From: Candidatus Eiseniibacteriota bacterium
GTDB taxonomy: Bacteria > Eisenbacteria > RBG-16-71-46 > SZUA-252
DNA length: 64,000 bases
Reading direction: 5' to 3'
Assembly: GCA_036274595.1 (NCBI GenBank)
Contig: DASUFL010000056.1
Coordinates: 28,030-92,029 of the forward strand
Part shown: positions 27,682 through 37,155 of the stretch, one piece after another
Layout of the letters: every line of letters starts with the position of its first letter
How positions within the stretch are numbered: position 1 is the stretch's first letter
Made by a program: the position numbers and the translations under genes
The notes under the pieces: model-generated
What the model saw: the letters and a program-made list of their open reading frames with translations, nothing else
What the model was told of the DNA's origin: nothing
Databases searched by the model: none

Positions 27682-30303
27682 CTACCGAAGCAGCTGCTCC
27701 CGCGCCATCGCCAGTCCCAGCACCGCCCCCTCGTTTCCCACCGCCTTCGCCCGCGCCGCGGCGTCCGCCAAGATCCCAGCCGCCTTCCCTCGATCCGACG
27801 TGATCGACGCCGCGAGATCCGCCGCCACGTCCGGCGACCAGGCCATCTCGCCTTCCGACGTCGCGCCCGCCAGGAGATCGAACGGCGCCTTGTGCTCCAG
27901 CCAGCCGTTGTCGTCCGTGTTCACCGGACCGCCGTCGGCCTCTCGCGCCACGCGCTCCAACCGTCCTCGGTAGTAGCGCATGAGGTCGGGCAGCGACGAC
28001 ACGCCGACGCGCGCGAGATTCCCGGCCACCTTCTCGTCCTGGAACCACGCTCCAAGCCGATCCAGGTCGAGTCCGATCTCGCGGTCGGGCGAGGCGAGGA
28101 TCACGAGATCGGCGGATCCATCCACGAAGAAGAGCTGCCCCTTGGGAAAGCGCGTCGCGAGCGTGCGGAAGATCGTGCGGAGCGTGGCCGGGGACGTCTG
28201 ATAGCACTGCACCCACTGGCAGAAGATGCCGCCCGGCTTCAGCTTCGACGCCGCGGTTTCGTAGAAGTCGCGCGTGAAGAGGTCGGCCATGCCGGCGATC
28301 CAGAGGTTCGACGGCTCGGAGATGATGACGTCGTACTTGTTGCGTGTGGACCTGAGATACGTGCCCGCGTCCTCGATCAGCAGTCGATGCCTCGGATCCG
28401 CGAGCGGCTTTCCCGCGTCCGCGTCGAAGTAGGGCGCGGCTTCCGCCACGGCGCCTTCCAGCTCGATCGTGATCACATCGCGTACGGGGTGCGTGAGCAC
28501 GGCGCCGGTCGTGACGCCGCTTCCGTAGCCCACGATGCAGACCGACTGCGCCTGATTCGCGAGCAGCACCGGGAGCTGCCCGACCAACACCTGCTGCGCC
28601 ATGTCCTCGCCGACCCCGGTCGTCGCGTCGGTCTTTCCGTTGATGAGGAGCGCGCGGCGCTTTCCGGTCTCGATCACCGTCACGGCCGCGACGCGTCCCT
28701 CCTTGTAGAAGAGGAGTCGCTCCAGCTCCTTCGATGCGCCCACCCGGTCGATCATCCGGTGCGTCACGCCCTCCTCGCCGAACAGCCAGTACGATCGTAG
28801 GAGCCGCACCAGGCCGAGACTCATCCGCTCCGCGTTCCAGGACGGCATCCCGACCCACGCGTACGCACCCGCCGCGATCACGACCAGCAACGCGGCCGCG
28901 CGGCGGGGCAGCGCGCGCCCTTCGCCCGTGAGCAGGGCCAGGACGCCGAGCGCGGCGTTGAGAGCCGCCGCCGCGAGGATCGAATGGAGCGTGCCGAGCC
29001 ACGGGATGAGGATGAAGGCGGTGAGGATCGATCCCGCGATCGAGCCGATGGTGTTGAAGGCGTAGACCGCGCCCACCGAGGCGCCCGCTTCGCTCCGCGC
29101 CGTGCGGCGTATCGCGACGGCCGTCGGGAAGAGCGCTCCGAGGAGAAAGCAGGCGGGGAAGATGATCCACGCCGTGATGCCCGCCTCCCCCCAGAGGAGC
29201 GAAGACGTGCTTCCGTTCGCGCGCACCATGACCGTCGTCTGCCAGTGGGGGAGATGCTCGAATTGGTGCGCCGCGATCCCGACCGCGGCGGCGAGCAGCG
29301 CCTGCAAGAGTCCGAAGAGCGTGACCGGCGCGCGCCACAGCTTCAAGACACGCGACGCGGTCGCGGCGCCGAGCGCGATGCCCGCGAGATAGATCGCGAG
29401 GATGGCCGAGAACGCGTAGATCATGCCGCCGAAGGGCACGGCGAGGATGCGCGTCCAGGAGACCTCGTAGAGGATCGCGGTGAACCCGGAGAGCGCAAAC
29501 AGGGGAAGAATCCAGCGGTGCCACGGGCGGGCCGCCGCGCCGTCGTCCTGGACCACCGCGGCCGCCTCCGCCCCATCCATCGTGACGGCAGGCGGAGCCG
29601 CCGGACGCCCGAGGAGGATCGTCGCGAACACGATGAGATCGATCGCGGCGGCGACCGCGGCCGTCTTCCAGAGACCGAGCGCCGGGATCGCGAGGAATCC
29701 GGCCGCAACGACACCGAGCACGGCGCCCGCGGTATTCACCGCGTAGAGGCGCGCCACCGCGGCTCCGGATCCCTCGCGATCCCGGCGCGAGAAGTCGGAT
29801 ACGAGGAGCGGCAGGGTCGCTCCCATCGCGGTGGTCGGGACGAGGAGCGCGGCGAAGAGGACCAGGAATCGCAGAAGCAGGAAGACGGCGCCGTGGCCGA
29901 GGAAGAGGCCGTTCAGCCACGCGAACAGCGGCTTCGCGAGCGCGAATCCCAGCGGACTCATCAGGCCGAGCACCGCCACCACGAGCTCGAGCCGCGCGTA
30001 CAGCAGCAGAGGCTCCCGCGTTCGCGCGGCCCATCGTCCGCCGATCGCCGCTCCGATGCCGAGCCCTCCCAGGAACGCCGCGACCACGGTCGAGACTCCG
30101 TAGATCGAGTTCCCGAGCAGGAGGGAAAGGTACTTGGACCAGACGATCTCGAGGATCAGTCCGGCCGCTCCGGAGGCGAAGAAACAGCCGTAGAGGAGCA
30201 GCCGTCGCGATCCCGGGCGCGCTGCCAAGTCCCGATGCTGTCTAGCGCTATGCGCTGTCGTCGTTCGCCGCGAGGGGGTTCGGTTTCTCTTGGATTGGGT
30301 CAT
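27682..30303 (-). CDS. Fused multi-TM (MFS-like) / spermidine-synthase-like domain protein
   Basis: The N-terminal ~500 aa have about 12 TM helices (LLLYGCFFASGAAGLILEIVWSKYL…). The C-terminus (…VCIVGYGSGVTTG…VITIELEGAV…DVIISEPSNLW…) is a SpeE-like methyltransferase fold. ATG at 30303 (start uncertain). Confidence 0.75.
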   Translation of the reverse strand: MTQSKRNRTPSRRTTTAHSARQHRDLAARPGSRRLLLYGCFFASGAAGLILEIVWSKYLSLLLGNSIYGVSTVVAAFLGGLGIGAAIGGRWAARTREPLLLYARLELVVAVLGLMSPLGFALAKPLFAWLNGLFLGHGAVFLLLRFLVLFAALLVPTTAMGATLPLLVSDFSRRDREGSGAAVARLYAVNTAGAVLGVVAAGFLAIPALGLWKTAAVAAAIDLIVFATILLGRPAAPPAVTMDGAEAAAVVQDDGAAARPWHRWILPLFALSGFTAILYEVSWTRILAVPFGGMIYAFSAILAIYLAGIALGAATASRVLKLWRAPVTLFGLLQALLAAAVGIAAHQFEHLPHWQTTVMVRANGSTSSLLWGEAGITAWIIFPACFLLGALFPTAVAIRRTARSEAGASVGAVYAFNTIGSIAGSILTAFILIPWLGTLHSILAAAALNAALGVLALLTGEGRALPRRAAALLVVIAAGAYAWVGMPSWNAERMSLGLVRLLRSYWLFGEEGVTHRMIDRVGASKELERLLFYKEGRVAAVTVIETGKRRALLINGKTDATTGVGEDMAQQVLVGQLPVLLANQAQSVCIVGYGSGVTTGAVLTHPVRDVITIELEGAVAEAAPYFDADAGKPLADPRHRLLIEDAGTYLRSTRNKYDVIISEPSNLWIAGMADLFTRDFYETAASKLKPGGIFCQWVQCYQTSPATLRTIFRTLATRFPKGQLFFVDGSADLVILASPDREIGLDLDRLGAWFQDEKVAGNLARVGVSSLPDLMRYYRGRLERVAREADGGPVNTDDNGWLEHKAPFDLLAGATSEGEMAWSPDVAADLAASITSDRGKAAGILADAAARAKAVGNEGAVLGLAMAREQLLR

Positions 30304-30318
30304 GGAATGTGGTATAGT
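30290..30318 (+). promoter_or_regulatory. Sigma70-like promoter TTGGAT-17-TATAGT for the downstream T9SS-cargo gene
   Basis: TTGGAT lies at 30290-30295, a 17-nt spacer follows, and TATAGT lies at 30313-30318. The element overlaps the start codon of the divergent minus-strand gene. The GTG start of the plus-strand gene is about 75 nt downstream. Confidence 0.45.
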
Positions 30319-30392
30319 ACCTCTTTCCACGCGCGGGTCCTGAGCCCACGCACCGAATCGTAGAAAGCATTCCCCAGTTTTCTCGAGACACA

Positions 30393-33275
30393 GTGCGGAG
30401 ACCCGCTCCCTTAGCCAGACACCAAGCTCTCGTGTCCGCAGGCTTTCCTCTCCGTCTCGCGGCCACGGGCTTTCTGACCCTCCTCTGGATCGCTTTCGAG
30501 GCGGCTCGCGCATTCTCTGCGCCGTCAGCCACGAATCCCATCGATCAGTGGCCGCGCCGCGTCTACCGCACCGAGGTTCCCGCTCCGCTCAAGAGCGAGC
30601 CGTCCTCCCCGATGGTGTACCGGCGTCTCCTCCTCACTCCGCCGCCGCTGGAAGAGGTGTACGTCTTCAACGACAGCCTGGACGGGCATCCGCTCGACGA
30701 CGAGGGGGGCTGGAGCCACTACGACAACTCCGCCGGACCGACCGCCTGGCACATCGACACCTTCATGGCGTGCAACAACCACGCGTGGTGGTGCGGGGTG
30801 ATCGATTCGAGCTGGACGAACGACACGAACCGCGCGGGCTACGACAACAGCTGGACCCAATATCTCCAGCACGACGCACCGACGGCGAGCGTGCCCGCCG
30901 GCTCCGTCATCGAGCTGACCGCGAAGTACAAGATGAACGTCGAGCAGGGCTATGACTACGGCGAGGTGGAATACAACGACCTGGACGACCTGTGGCTCCC
31001 GCTCCTGCACCTGACGGGCAAGATCCCGGCCAGCGGCGTGGGCTGTGATTCGTTCACCGTGGAGCTGCCGGAGTCGAGCTGGGTGAAGTGGCAGAACCAT
31101 CCGACCGGCGCCAAGCCCATGCCCTTCCGCTTCGTCTTCCACTCCGACATCGAGTACTCGTCCGCCGACGGCCTCTACAACGGGGACGGCTGGATCATCG
31201 ACGAGGTCCGGGTCACGAAGGACGGCAACCAGATCCTGTTCTACGACAACATGGAGAACGGGATGGGGACCTGGACCCGGACGACCCTCCCCGCGGTGGG
31301 GGACTACTATGCGCTGGAGAACAACGTCGTCACCGAAGACCAATGCACCGACAACCGGACGAACATCTGGGTGGACTGGGACCAGGTCACCCGAAGTCTC
31401 GTGCCCCGGATCGACAACCGCCTGCTGACGCCACCCGTAGACATCGACCGATCGGGCGAAGTGCTGATCGCGTTCGACGTGTACCGAAATCTCCCGCTCA
31501 ATGCGTGCTTCTACTATTCCGCGAACTATCGGACACGGATGATCGGGGGCAACTGGAGCGCATGGATGGATCCGACGAATCTTCTCTACTACGGCTCCAG
31601 CAAGGACTGGATCCGTCAGAAGATCGAGCTTCCGTTGGCGGCGGGCAAGGACTCGGTCCAGTGCATGTTCATCGTGAAGGACTACGGGCAGATCTACTGC
31701 GGCGGATCGACCGGGTATTCGAACCTGTACCCGCTCTTCGACAATGTCGCCATTGGCGTGCGCGCGACCACGCCTCCCATCTTCATCCCGCGCGATCTGG
31801 ATCTCTTCCAGGACACGTTCAAGACCACGGCGTTCTTCGGCAACGACAACTTCAACACCCCGCTCGGCGACAGCGCGGTCGTGCAGGTGAGCACGTCGCG
31901 CGGCTACAAGAGCGGGTTCATGTTCTACCGGTTCGGAACGTCCGGATCGTGGCTCTCCACGCCCCTCCTCATGAGCAGCACGGCGGAGCCCACGTACCGG
32001 TATGCCGACCCACCGCCGGGGAACTATCCCGCCGGCACCGTGCTCCAGTACTACTTCGCGGTCACGGACAGCGTGGATTCCACCGCGTACCTTCCGGCGA
32101 AGGCGCCGCAGACGGCGACGTACCTCTCCGCCTCGATCCTGCCGGTGAAGTCCGCCGTCAATCCGGTCCTGGGGTGTACGGACAGCCTCGCGACCGTCCT
32201 CTTCGTGAACAACAACTCGGGGCGGGAAGCCGAGGCGACCATCGCGAAGGTGCTCACGGCTCAGGGATACAAGTACGACACGTGGGACGTGAACGGACCC
32301 ACCTCGGGGGCGGGGAACACGCCGGGAGGCACGGCCCCAGGCGATCCCTTCAATATCTGGCCCGGGGCCACGGTCAACGACCTCCTCCGCTATTCGGCCA
32401 TCATCTGGCACGCGGGAAGTCTGAGCCAGTTCACGATTTCGCAGACGGATCAGCAGCTGCTCCAGTCCTGGGTCCAGCAGCCCGGGAAGAATCGTAATCT
32501 CTTCCTGGCCGGTGACAACGTGGCGCAGGAGCTGATCACGCTCGGCGCGGAGTACAATGCCTTCCTCAGCTTCACGATGGGCACACGGCTCCTTCGCGGC
32601 CTATGGGAGAACACCCCGCAGGACACGCTCCACCCGGTCTTGACCGGCTTGGCGGGCTCACCGTCCGCGGGACGAATCATGCACTTGAACCTGGGCTGCC
32701 CGCAGATCGATGACCCGGATCTCATGGCCGTCGCCACGACGGCACCGAGCCGTGGGAAGACCGGGCTCTGGCTCAAGTATCCGAACACGTTCGCGGCGGG
32801 AACGCGCTTCGCCACGAAGTACGTGTCCTTCGGGTCGGACAGCTCGCGGAACCTCTACTTTGCCTTCAACTACAACAACATCGAAGAATCGGGCGAGCGC
32901 CTGCGTTCCATCAAGGACATCATGCTCACCTACTTCCAGATCCCGGCCTGCTACTTCGCGACCGCGGTCGAGGAGGACCAATCTCCCGCGCCGACCGGAG
33001 TCGACGTTCTCTATCAGAACGCTCCGAATCCGTTCAATCCTGAGACCGTCATCCGCTATTCCGTGGGGCAATCCGGGCCCGTCACGCTGCGAATCTTCAA
33101 CGTGCAGGGCGCGCTCGTCCGGACGCTCGTCAACAAGCAGCACGCGGCGGGGAGCTATCGCGTGAGGTGGGACGGCACGAACGACTACGGCGAGCATCTC
33201 GGGAGCGGCGTCTACTTCTACAGGCTCGAGACGAGGACCGGAGCGGACTCCAAGAAGCTCATCATGCTGAAGTAG
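30393..33275 (+). CDS. Large secreted protein of unknown function with T9SS-type C-terminal sorting domain
   Basis: GTG start with a signal-like N-terminus (FLTLLWIAFEAARAFSA). The last ~90 aa (VLYQNAPNPFNPETVIRYSVGQSGPVTLRIFNVQGALVRTLVNK…GSGVYFYRLETRT) match the Por_Secre_tail / FlgD-Ig pattern. The interior is Cys- and aromatic-rich and unassigned. Confidence 0.7.
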   Translation: MRRPAPLARHQALVSAGFPLRLAATGFLTLLWIAFEAARAFSAPSATNPIDQWPRRVYRTEVPAPLKSEPSSPMVYRRLLLTPPPLEEVYVFNDSLDGHPLDDEGGWSHYDNSAGPTAWHIDTFMACNNHAWWCGVIDSSWTNDTNRAGYDNSWTQYLQHDAPTASVPAGSVIELTAKYKMNVEQGYDYGEVEYNDLDDLWLPLLHLTGKIPASGVGCDSFTVELPESSWVKWQNHPTGAKPMPFRFVFHSDIEYSSADGLYNGDGWIIDEVRVTKDGNQILFYDNMENGMGTWTRTTLPAVGDYYALENNVVTEDQCTDNRTNIWVDWDQVTRSLVPRIDNRLLTPPVDIDRSGEVLIAFDVYRNLPLNACFYYSANYRTRMIGGNWSAWMDPTNLLYYGSSKDWIRQKIELPLAAGKDSVQCMFIVKDYGQIYCGGSTGYSNLYPLFDNVAIGVRATTPPIFIPRDLDLFQDTFKTTAFFGNDNFNTPLGDSAVVQVSTSRGYKSGFMFYRFGTSGSWLSTPLLMSSTAEPTYRYADPPPGNYPAGTVLQYYFAVTDSVDSTAYLPAKAPQTATYLSASILPVKSAVNPVLGCTDSLATVLFVNNNSGREAEATIAKVLTAQGYKYDTWDVNGPTSGAGNTPGGTAPGDPFNIWPGATVNDLLRYSAIIWHAGSLSQFTISQTDQQLLQSWVQQPGKNRNLFLAGDNVAQELITLGAEYNAFLSFTMGTRLLRGLWENTPQDTLHPVLTGLAGSPSAGRIMHLNLGCPQIDDPDLMAVATTAPSRGKTGLWLKYPNTFAAGTRFATKYVSFGSDSSRNLYFAFNYNNIEESGERLRSIKDIMLTYFQIPACYFATAVEEDQSPAPTGVDVLYQNAPNPFNPETVIRYSVGQSGPVTLRIFNVQGALVRTLVNKQHAAGSYRVRWDGTNDYGEHLGSGVYFYRLETRTGADSKKLIMLK

Positions 33276-33280
33276 GGCCC

Positions 33281-33303
33281 CGCGCGCCCTGCGCGCTGTT
33301 TCG
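33281..33303 (+). terminator. Short GC hairpin (GCGCGC-CCT-GCGCGC) plus TGTTTCG tail after the T9SS-cargo gene
   Basis: It begins 6 nt after the TAG at 33273-33275. Confidence 0.4.
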
Positions 33304-33520
33304 AAACACTCCCTCCGCCGACCCCCGAAAGAACAAATCACAATCCCGGAAGGACCGGAAACTACATCCCCGGGACCCCGGTCCGGCCTCTCTGGGCTAC
33401 CTTTTAACTCGTTTCATCCCAACGCCTAACACCCCCAAATCGACCTCCATCGGCTCCATGGCACGTCCCTTGATGTAGTCCCTGGTGAATCCCGGAACCA
33501 TCCGGAGGAAGGAGATCTCG

Positions 33521-34093
33521 ATGAACGGACAACTACGCATACGCAGCGGGCGCTTCGCGACCCTGCTTCTGGGACCGGCCCTCACGGCCGCGCTCCTCGC
33601 GGCACCGATGGGCCGCGCTCTGGCCGGCGAGATCATTCCGTCCGTCGGGCTCACACGCTCCGTCGACGGCGATGAAGCGAAGTCACTGGTCGGGCTCGCC
33701 CTTCGCGGCTCGCTCATTCCGGGCGTGGTGAAGACGGAAGTCGGCGTCCAGTACCGCCAGGAGTCGCTCTACAACGGCGATCTCAAGCTTCGGCAGTGGC
33801 CGGTGACGGCTTCTCTCTGGCTTGCTCCGGTCCCGGCTCTCTATGCGGGCGCCGGCGTCGGCTGGTACCAGACCACGTTCGATTACGCAGACGACACGGG
33901 CATCAACAACACCACGCGTCAGGACTTTGGAGTGCACGTTGGTGGAGGTGTGCGCGTTCCCATCGTGCCAAACGCGAATCTCGACCTGAACGGCCGCTAC
34001 GTCTTCATGCAGGACCAGGAGTCGCATCTGATCCCCGAGAAATTCAATCCCGACTTCTGGAGCATGACCGCCGGCGTGGCGATCGGCTTCTGA
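33521..34093 (+). CDS. Small outer-membrane beta-barrel protein (OmpW/OmpA-like porin-family fold)
   Basis: SD GGAGGAAGGAG lies 6 nt upstream of the ATG at 33521. Signal peptide MNGQLRIRSGRFATLLLGPALTAALLAAPMGRALA. Alternating aromatic/hydrophilic strands follow. The C-terminal …GVAIGF ends in Phe. Confidence 0.65.
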   Translation: MNGQLRIRSGRFATLLLGPALTAALLAAPMGRALAGEIIPSVGLTRSVDGDEAKSLVGLALRGSLIPGVVKTEVGVQYRQESLYNGDLKLRQWPVTASLWLAPVPALYAGAGVGWYQTTFDYADDTGINNTTRQDFGVHVGGGVRVPIVPNANLDLNGRYVFMQDQESHLIPEKFNPDFWSMTAGVAIGF

Positions 34094-34106
34094 TGAGGGG
34101 GGACCC

Positions 34107-34628
34107 ATGAATCCCATGAATCCGAATTCGAAGAAGTTTCTCGCGATGGCGACGGCGCTCATGATGGGAGCGATCCTCATGGCGCTCGCGATCCCGCACC
34201 CCGCGAACGCGTTCCATCTCGTCGGCGTCGGCCCGCGGGTCGGCTTCACGGATCCCGACGGCGTGGACAACACGGTGAACGTGGGCGGCGGCCTCGACTT
34301 CGAGCAGGGCGGAAGCCGCATTCATCTCGTCCCGAGCTTGCTCTACTGGAACAACGAAGGCTTGAGTGACATCAATCCGAACTTCGACGCCATGTACCAC
34401 TTCAGTCCCGCCGGTCGCGTGAGCCCCTACGTAGGCGCCGGCCTCGGGATCCATGCCTATTCACAGGACGGTCCGGGTGATCCCGGAACGGATGTGGGAG
34501 CGAATCTCTTCGGTGGGCTTCTCTTCCCGTCCCGCGGCACCAGCTTCTTCGTGGAAGGCCGCGCCGTCATCGCCGACCGTGACCAGATTGGCGTGCTCGG
34601 CGGAGTGAACTTCAACCTCGGTCGGTAA
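34107..34628 (+). CDS. Small outer-membrane beta-barrel protein, paralog of the preceding gene
   Basis: Signal peptide MNPMNPNSKKFLAMATALMMGAILMALAIPHPANA. Shared strand motifs are YVGAGLGIHAY vs YAGAGVGWYQT. Ends …NFNLGR. Confidence 0.6.
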   Translation: MNPMNPNSKKFLAMATALMMGAILMALAIPHPANAFHLVGVGPRVGFTDPDGVDNTVNVGGGLDFEQGGSRIHLVPSLLYWNNEGLSDINPNFDAMYHFSPAGRVSPYVGAGLGIHAYSQDGPGDPGTDVGANLFGGLLFPSRGTSFFVEGRAVIADRDQIGVLGGVNFNLGR

Positions 34629-34674
34629 GCCTCGCGAGCGCACGTTTCCCCGCGCACGCCGCTCCGGCCAGTAT

Positions 34675-34711
34675 GGGCCCGCCCCAATCGGGGCGGGCCC
34701 CCTCGCTTTTC
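34675..34711 (+). terminator. Rho-independent terminator (GGGCCCGCCCC-AATC-GGGGCGGGCCC + CTTTTC)
   Basis: A perfect 11-bp GC stem with a 4-nt loop is followed by a T-tract, 47 nt after the OMP paralog stop. Confidence 0.7.
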
Positions 34712-34857
34712 GGACCGGCGACCCCTAGAATTCAGGGACGTCAGGGTCGACCTCGAAGCGAACTCCTCCCCGCCTGGAGACGCCCGTCAGCGATTCCCCG
34801 GTCCCGCCGGGACCGCCTCGCGATTCCGGTTCGAGGACTGACTCCACACCCACCGAG

Positions 34858-37128
34858 ATGCTCCGCACGAACGCCGAGCCGCATCCCGCGCGCCCGCCGT
34901 CCTCCCCGTCCGCGCGCTGGGGCGAGTTCTCGCTGCTCGAGCGCCTCGGATCTGGCACGTTCGGGGAAGTGTGGAGGGCCTGGGATCCGGCGCTGCGGCG
35001 CGAGATCGCCGTGAAATTCCTCCGCGAGCGAGCCGATGCGACGGGCGCGGTCCACCAGGCGGCTCTCCTCGACGAGGCGCGCGCCCTCGCGCGGATACGG
35101 CACCCCGGAGTGGCGGCGGTGTACGGCGTGGCGGAGTTCGACGGAAGAGCCGGGCTGTGGATGGAGTACCTGCGAGGGCCCAGTCTCGCCTCCGTGCTCG
35201 AGGAGAGAGGGGCGATGCCGTGGCGCGACGTGATTCGCGTAGGCTGCGAGCTCTGCTCCGCGCTCGAGGCCCTCCAGCACGCAGGTCTGGTCCACCGGGA
35301 CATCAAGCCCGCCAACGTCGTGATGGAGTCCGACGGGCGGGCGGTGCTCGCCGACTTCGGACTGGGCATGCGCCGCCGGCTCCTCGAGCCGAACGAGATG
35401 AAGCAGGGCTGGGGAACGCCGCTCTTCATGGCGCCGAGCCTGCTTCGTGGCGGTGCCCCCACGTTCCGGACGGATCTCTATGCCGTGGGTGTGACGCTAC
35501 TGTGGGCCCTCACCGGCCGCGCCCCGTTCGAGTCGCGCACCCTTCCGGATCTCCAGATCGAATCGGCCCGGGGACCGACCATCGTGCTTCCCAACTTGAA
35601 CCGGGACGCGCCGATGGCCCTCGTCGACCTGATCGGGAAGAGCCTCGAGGAGTCCGACCCCGCGCGGCTCACGGCGTCGAAGATGCGCGCCGGCCTCGAG
35701 TCGCTTCAGAGCCCCAAGCAGGCCCTGGATCTCGCCGTCCGGCCCTCGATCGCCGTGCTGCCGTTCCTGAACCGGAGCGCGGACGAATCGACCGACTACT
35801 TCTCGGACGGACTCGCCGACGAGCTGGTGATGGTTCTCTCCAAGATCCAGGGGCTCCGCGTCATCGCTCGGACCGCCTCGTTCCAGTTCAAGGGCAAGAC
35901 CGAGGATCTCGCGGTGATCGGCGCCAAGCTGAACGTCGCGACCCTGCTCGAGGGAAGCGTCGTCAAGCAGGGCAGCCGGCTCCGCGTGTCGGTTCGCCTG
36001 GTCAAGATCCCGGAGGGCGACTCGCTCTGGTCCGAGAGCTACGACCGGACGTGGGACGACGTCTTCGCGGTACAGGACGACATCGCGCAGCGCGTTGTCA
36101 CGGAGCTGCGCGCCCGGCTCGTGGGCGCCGCCCTGGATCCGGACCGTGCCAAGGCGGAGATTGCCGAGGCGGTCCGCGGCCGCGGCGAGGATCCCGAAGT
36201 CCACCGCCTCCTGATGCGGGCGAGATACCACCTCGATCGCGTGACGTCCGACGACACGGCCCAGGCGCTCGAGTTCGTGGCACAGGCGATGGAGCGCGAT
36301 GCAGCCCATCCAGCGTTGTGGTGCGAGCTGTGCCGTGCGCGCAGCCTGCAGATGAACTTCGGATGGATCCCCATTGCCGAGGGGACCGTCTTGGCGCGCG
36401 AGGCCATCGACCGGGCGCTCGAGCTGGATCCGGAGCTGTCCGAAGCGCACGGGCTCCTGGGCTGGCTGCTCATGCACTACGACCGGAACTGGGCGGCGGC
36501 CGAGGCCTCCTTTCTGAGGGCGCTCGATCTGGATCCGGAGTCGGCCGGCAATCTGCGGAGAGCCGGGACTCTGGCCATGTGCCTCGATCGCCCGCATCAA
36601 GCGATCGATTACTACGACCGGTCCCTGATCGGGGATCCATTGAGCACCGCGGCGTACAACAATCTCGGCTTTTCCCACTACATCGCCGGGCATTACGAGG
36701 AGGCCGTGCGAGCCATTCAGAAGTCCATCGAGCTCGCGCCCCAGCGGGTGGGAGCGAGGGCGCTCCTGGCATTCACGCTCCGGGCGATGGGGCGTGGTGA
36801 GGAGGCGATGGCAGCGGCAAACGAGGAGACCATGGAGGTCTACCGAATTTGGAGCCTCGCCATCATCCACCACCACGAGGGCCGGCACGACGAGTCGAGC
36901 CGGATGCTCGCGCTGCTCGAGGGGAAGTACGCCGACGACGCCGCCTACCAGATCGCGGAAGTCCACGCCGCCCGGGGCGCGGTGGATCCCGCATTCGAGT
37001 GGCTCGAGCGCGCGTACCGGCAGCACGACGGCGGGCTCGCCGGCATGAAAGCGAGCGTCAATTTCCGCCCGATCCACTCCGATCCGAGATGGACCACGTT
37101 CCTGCTCAAGGTGGGGTTCGACGCCTAG
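34858..37128 (+). CDS. Ser/Thr protein kinase with central TolB-N-like domain and C-terminal TPR repeats (paralog of 10960..13236)
   Basis: GSGTFGEVWRA, HRDIKPAN, DFG and the TolB-N-like block PSIAVLPFLNRSADESTDYFSDGLADELVMVLSKIQGLRVIART…LWSESYDRTWDD. TPR-like C-terminus. Confidence 0.85.
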   Translation: MLRTNAEPHPARPPSSPSARWGEFSLLERLGSGTFGEVWRAWDPALRREIAVKFLRERADATGAVHQAALLDEARALARIRHPGVAAVYGVAEFDGRAGLWMEYLRGPSLASVLEERGAMPWRDVIRVGCELCSALEALQHAGLVHRDIKPANVVMESDGRAVLADFGLGMRRRLLEPNEMKQGWGTPLFMAPSLLRGGAPTFRTDLYAVGVTLLWALTGRAPFESRTLPDLQIESARGPTIVLPNLNRDAPMALVDLIGKSLEESDPARLTASKMRAGLESLQSPKQALDLAVRPSIAVLPFLNRSADESTDYFSDGLADELVMVLSKIQGLRVIARTASFQFKGKTEDLAVIGAKLNVATLLEGSVVKQGSRLRVSVRLVKIPEGDSLWSESYDRTWDDVFAVQDDIAQRVVTELRARLVGAALDPDRAKAEIAEAVRGRGEDPEVHRLLMRARYHLDRVTSDDTAQALEFVAQAMERDAAHPALWCELCRARSLQMNFGWIPIAEGTVLAREAIDRALELDPELSEAHGLLGWLLMHYDRNWAAAEASFLRALDLDPESAGNLRRAGTLAMCLDRPHQAIDYYDRSLIGDPLSTAAYNNLGFSHYIAGHYEEAVRAIQKSIELAPQRVGARALLAFTLRAMGRGEEAMAAANEETMEVYRIWSLAIIHHHEGRHDESSRMLALLEGKYADDAAYQIAEVHAARGAVDPAFEWLERAYRQHDGGLAGMKASVNFRPIHSDPRWTTFLLKVGFDA

Positions 37129-37155
37129 GCGCGGCTCGAATCAGGTTCTGCGCGG

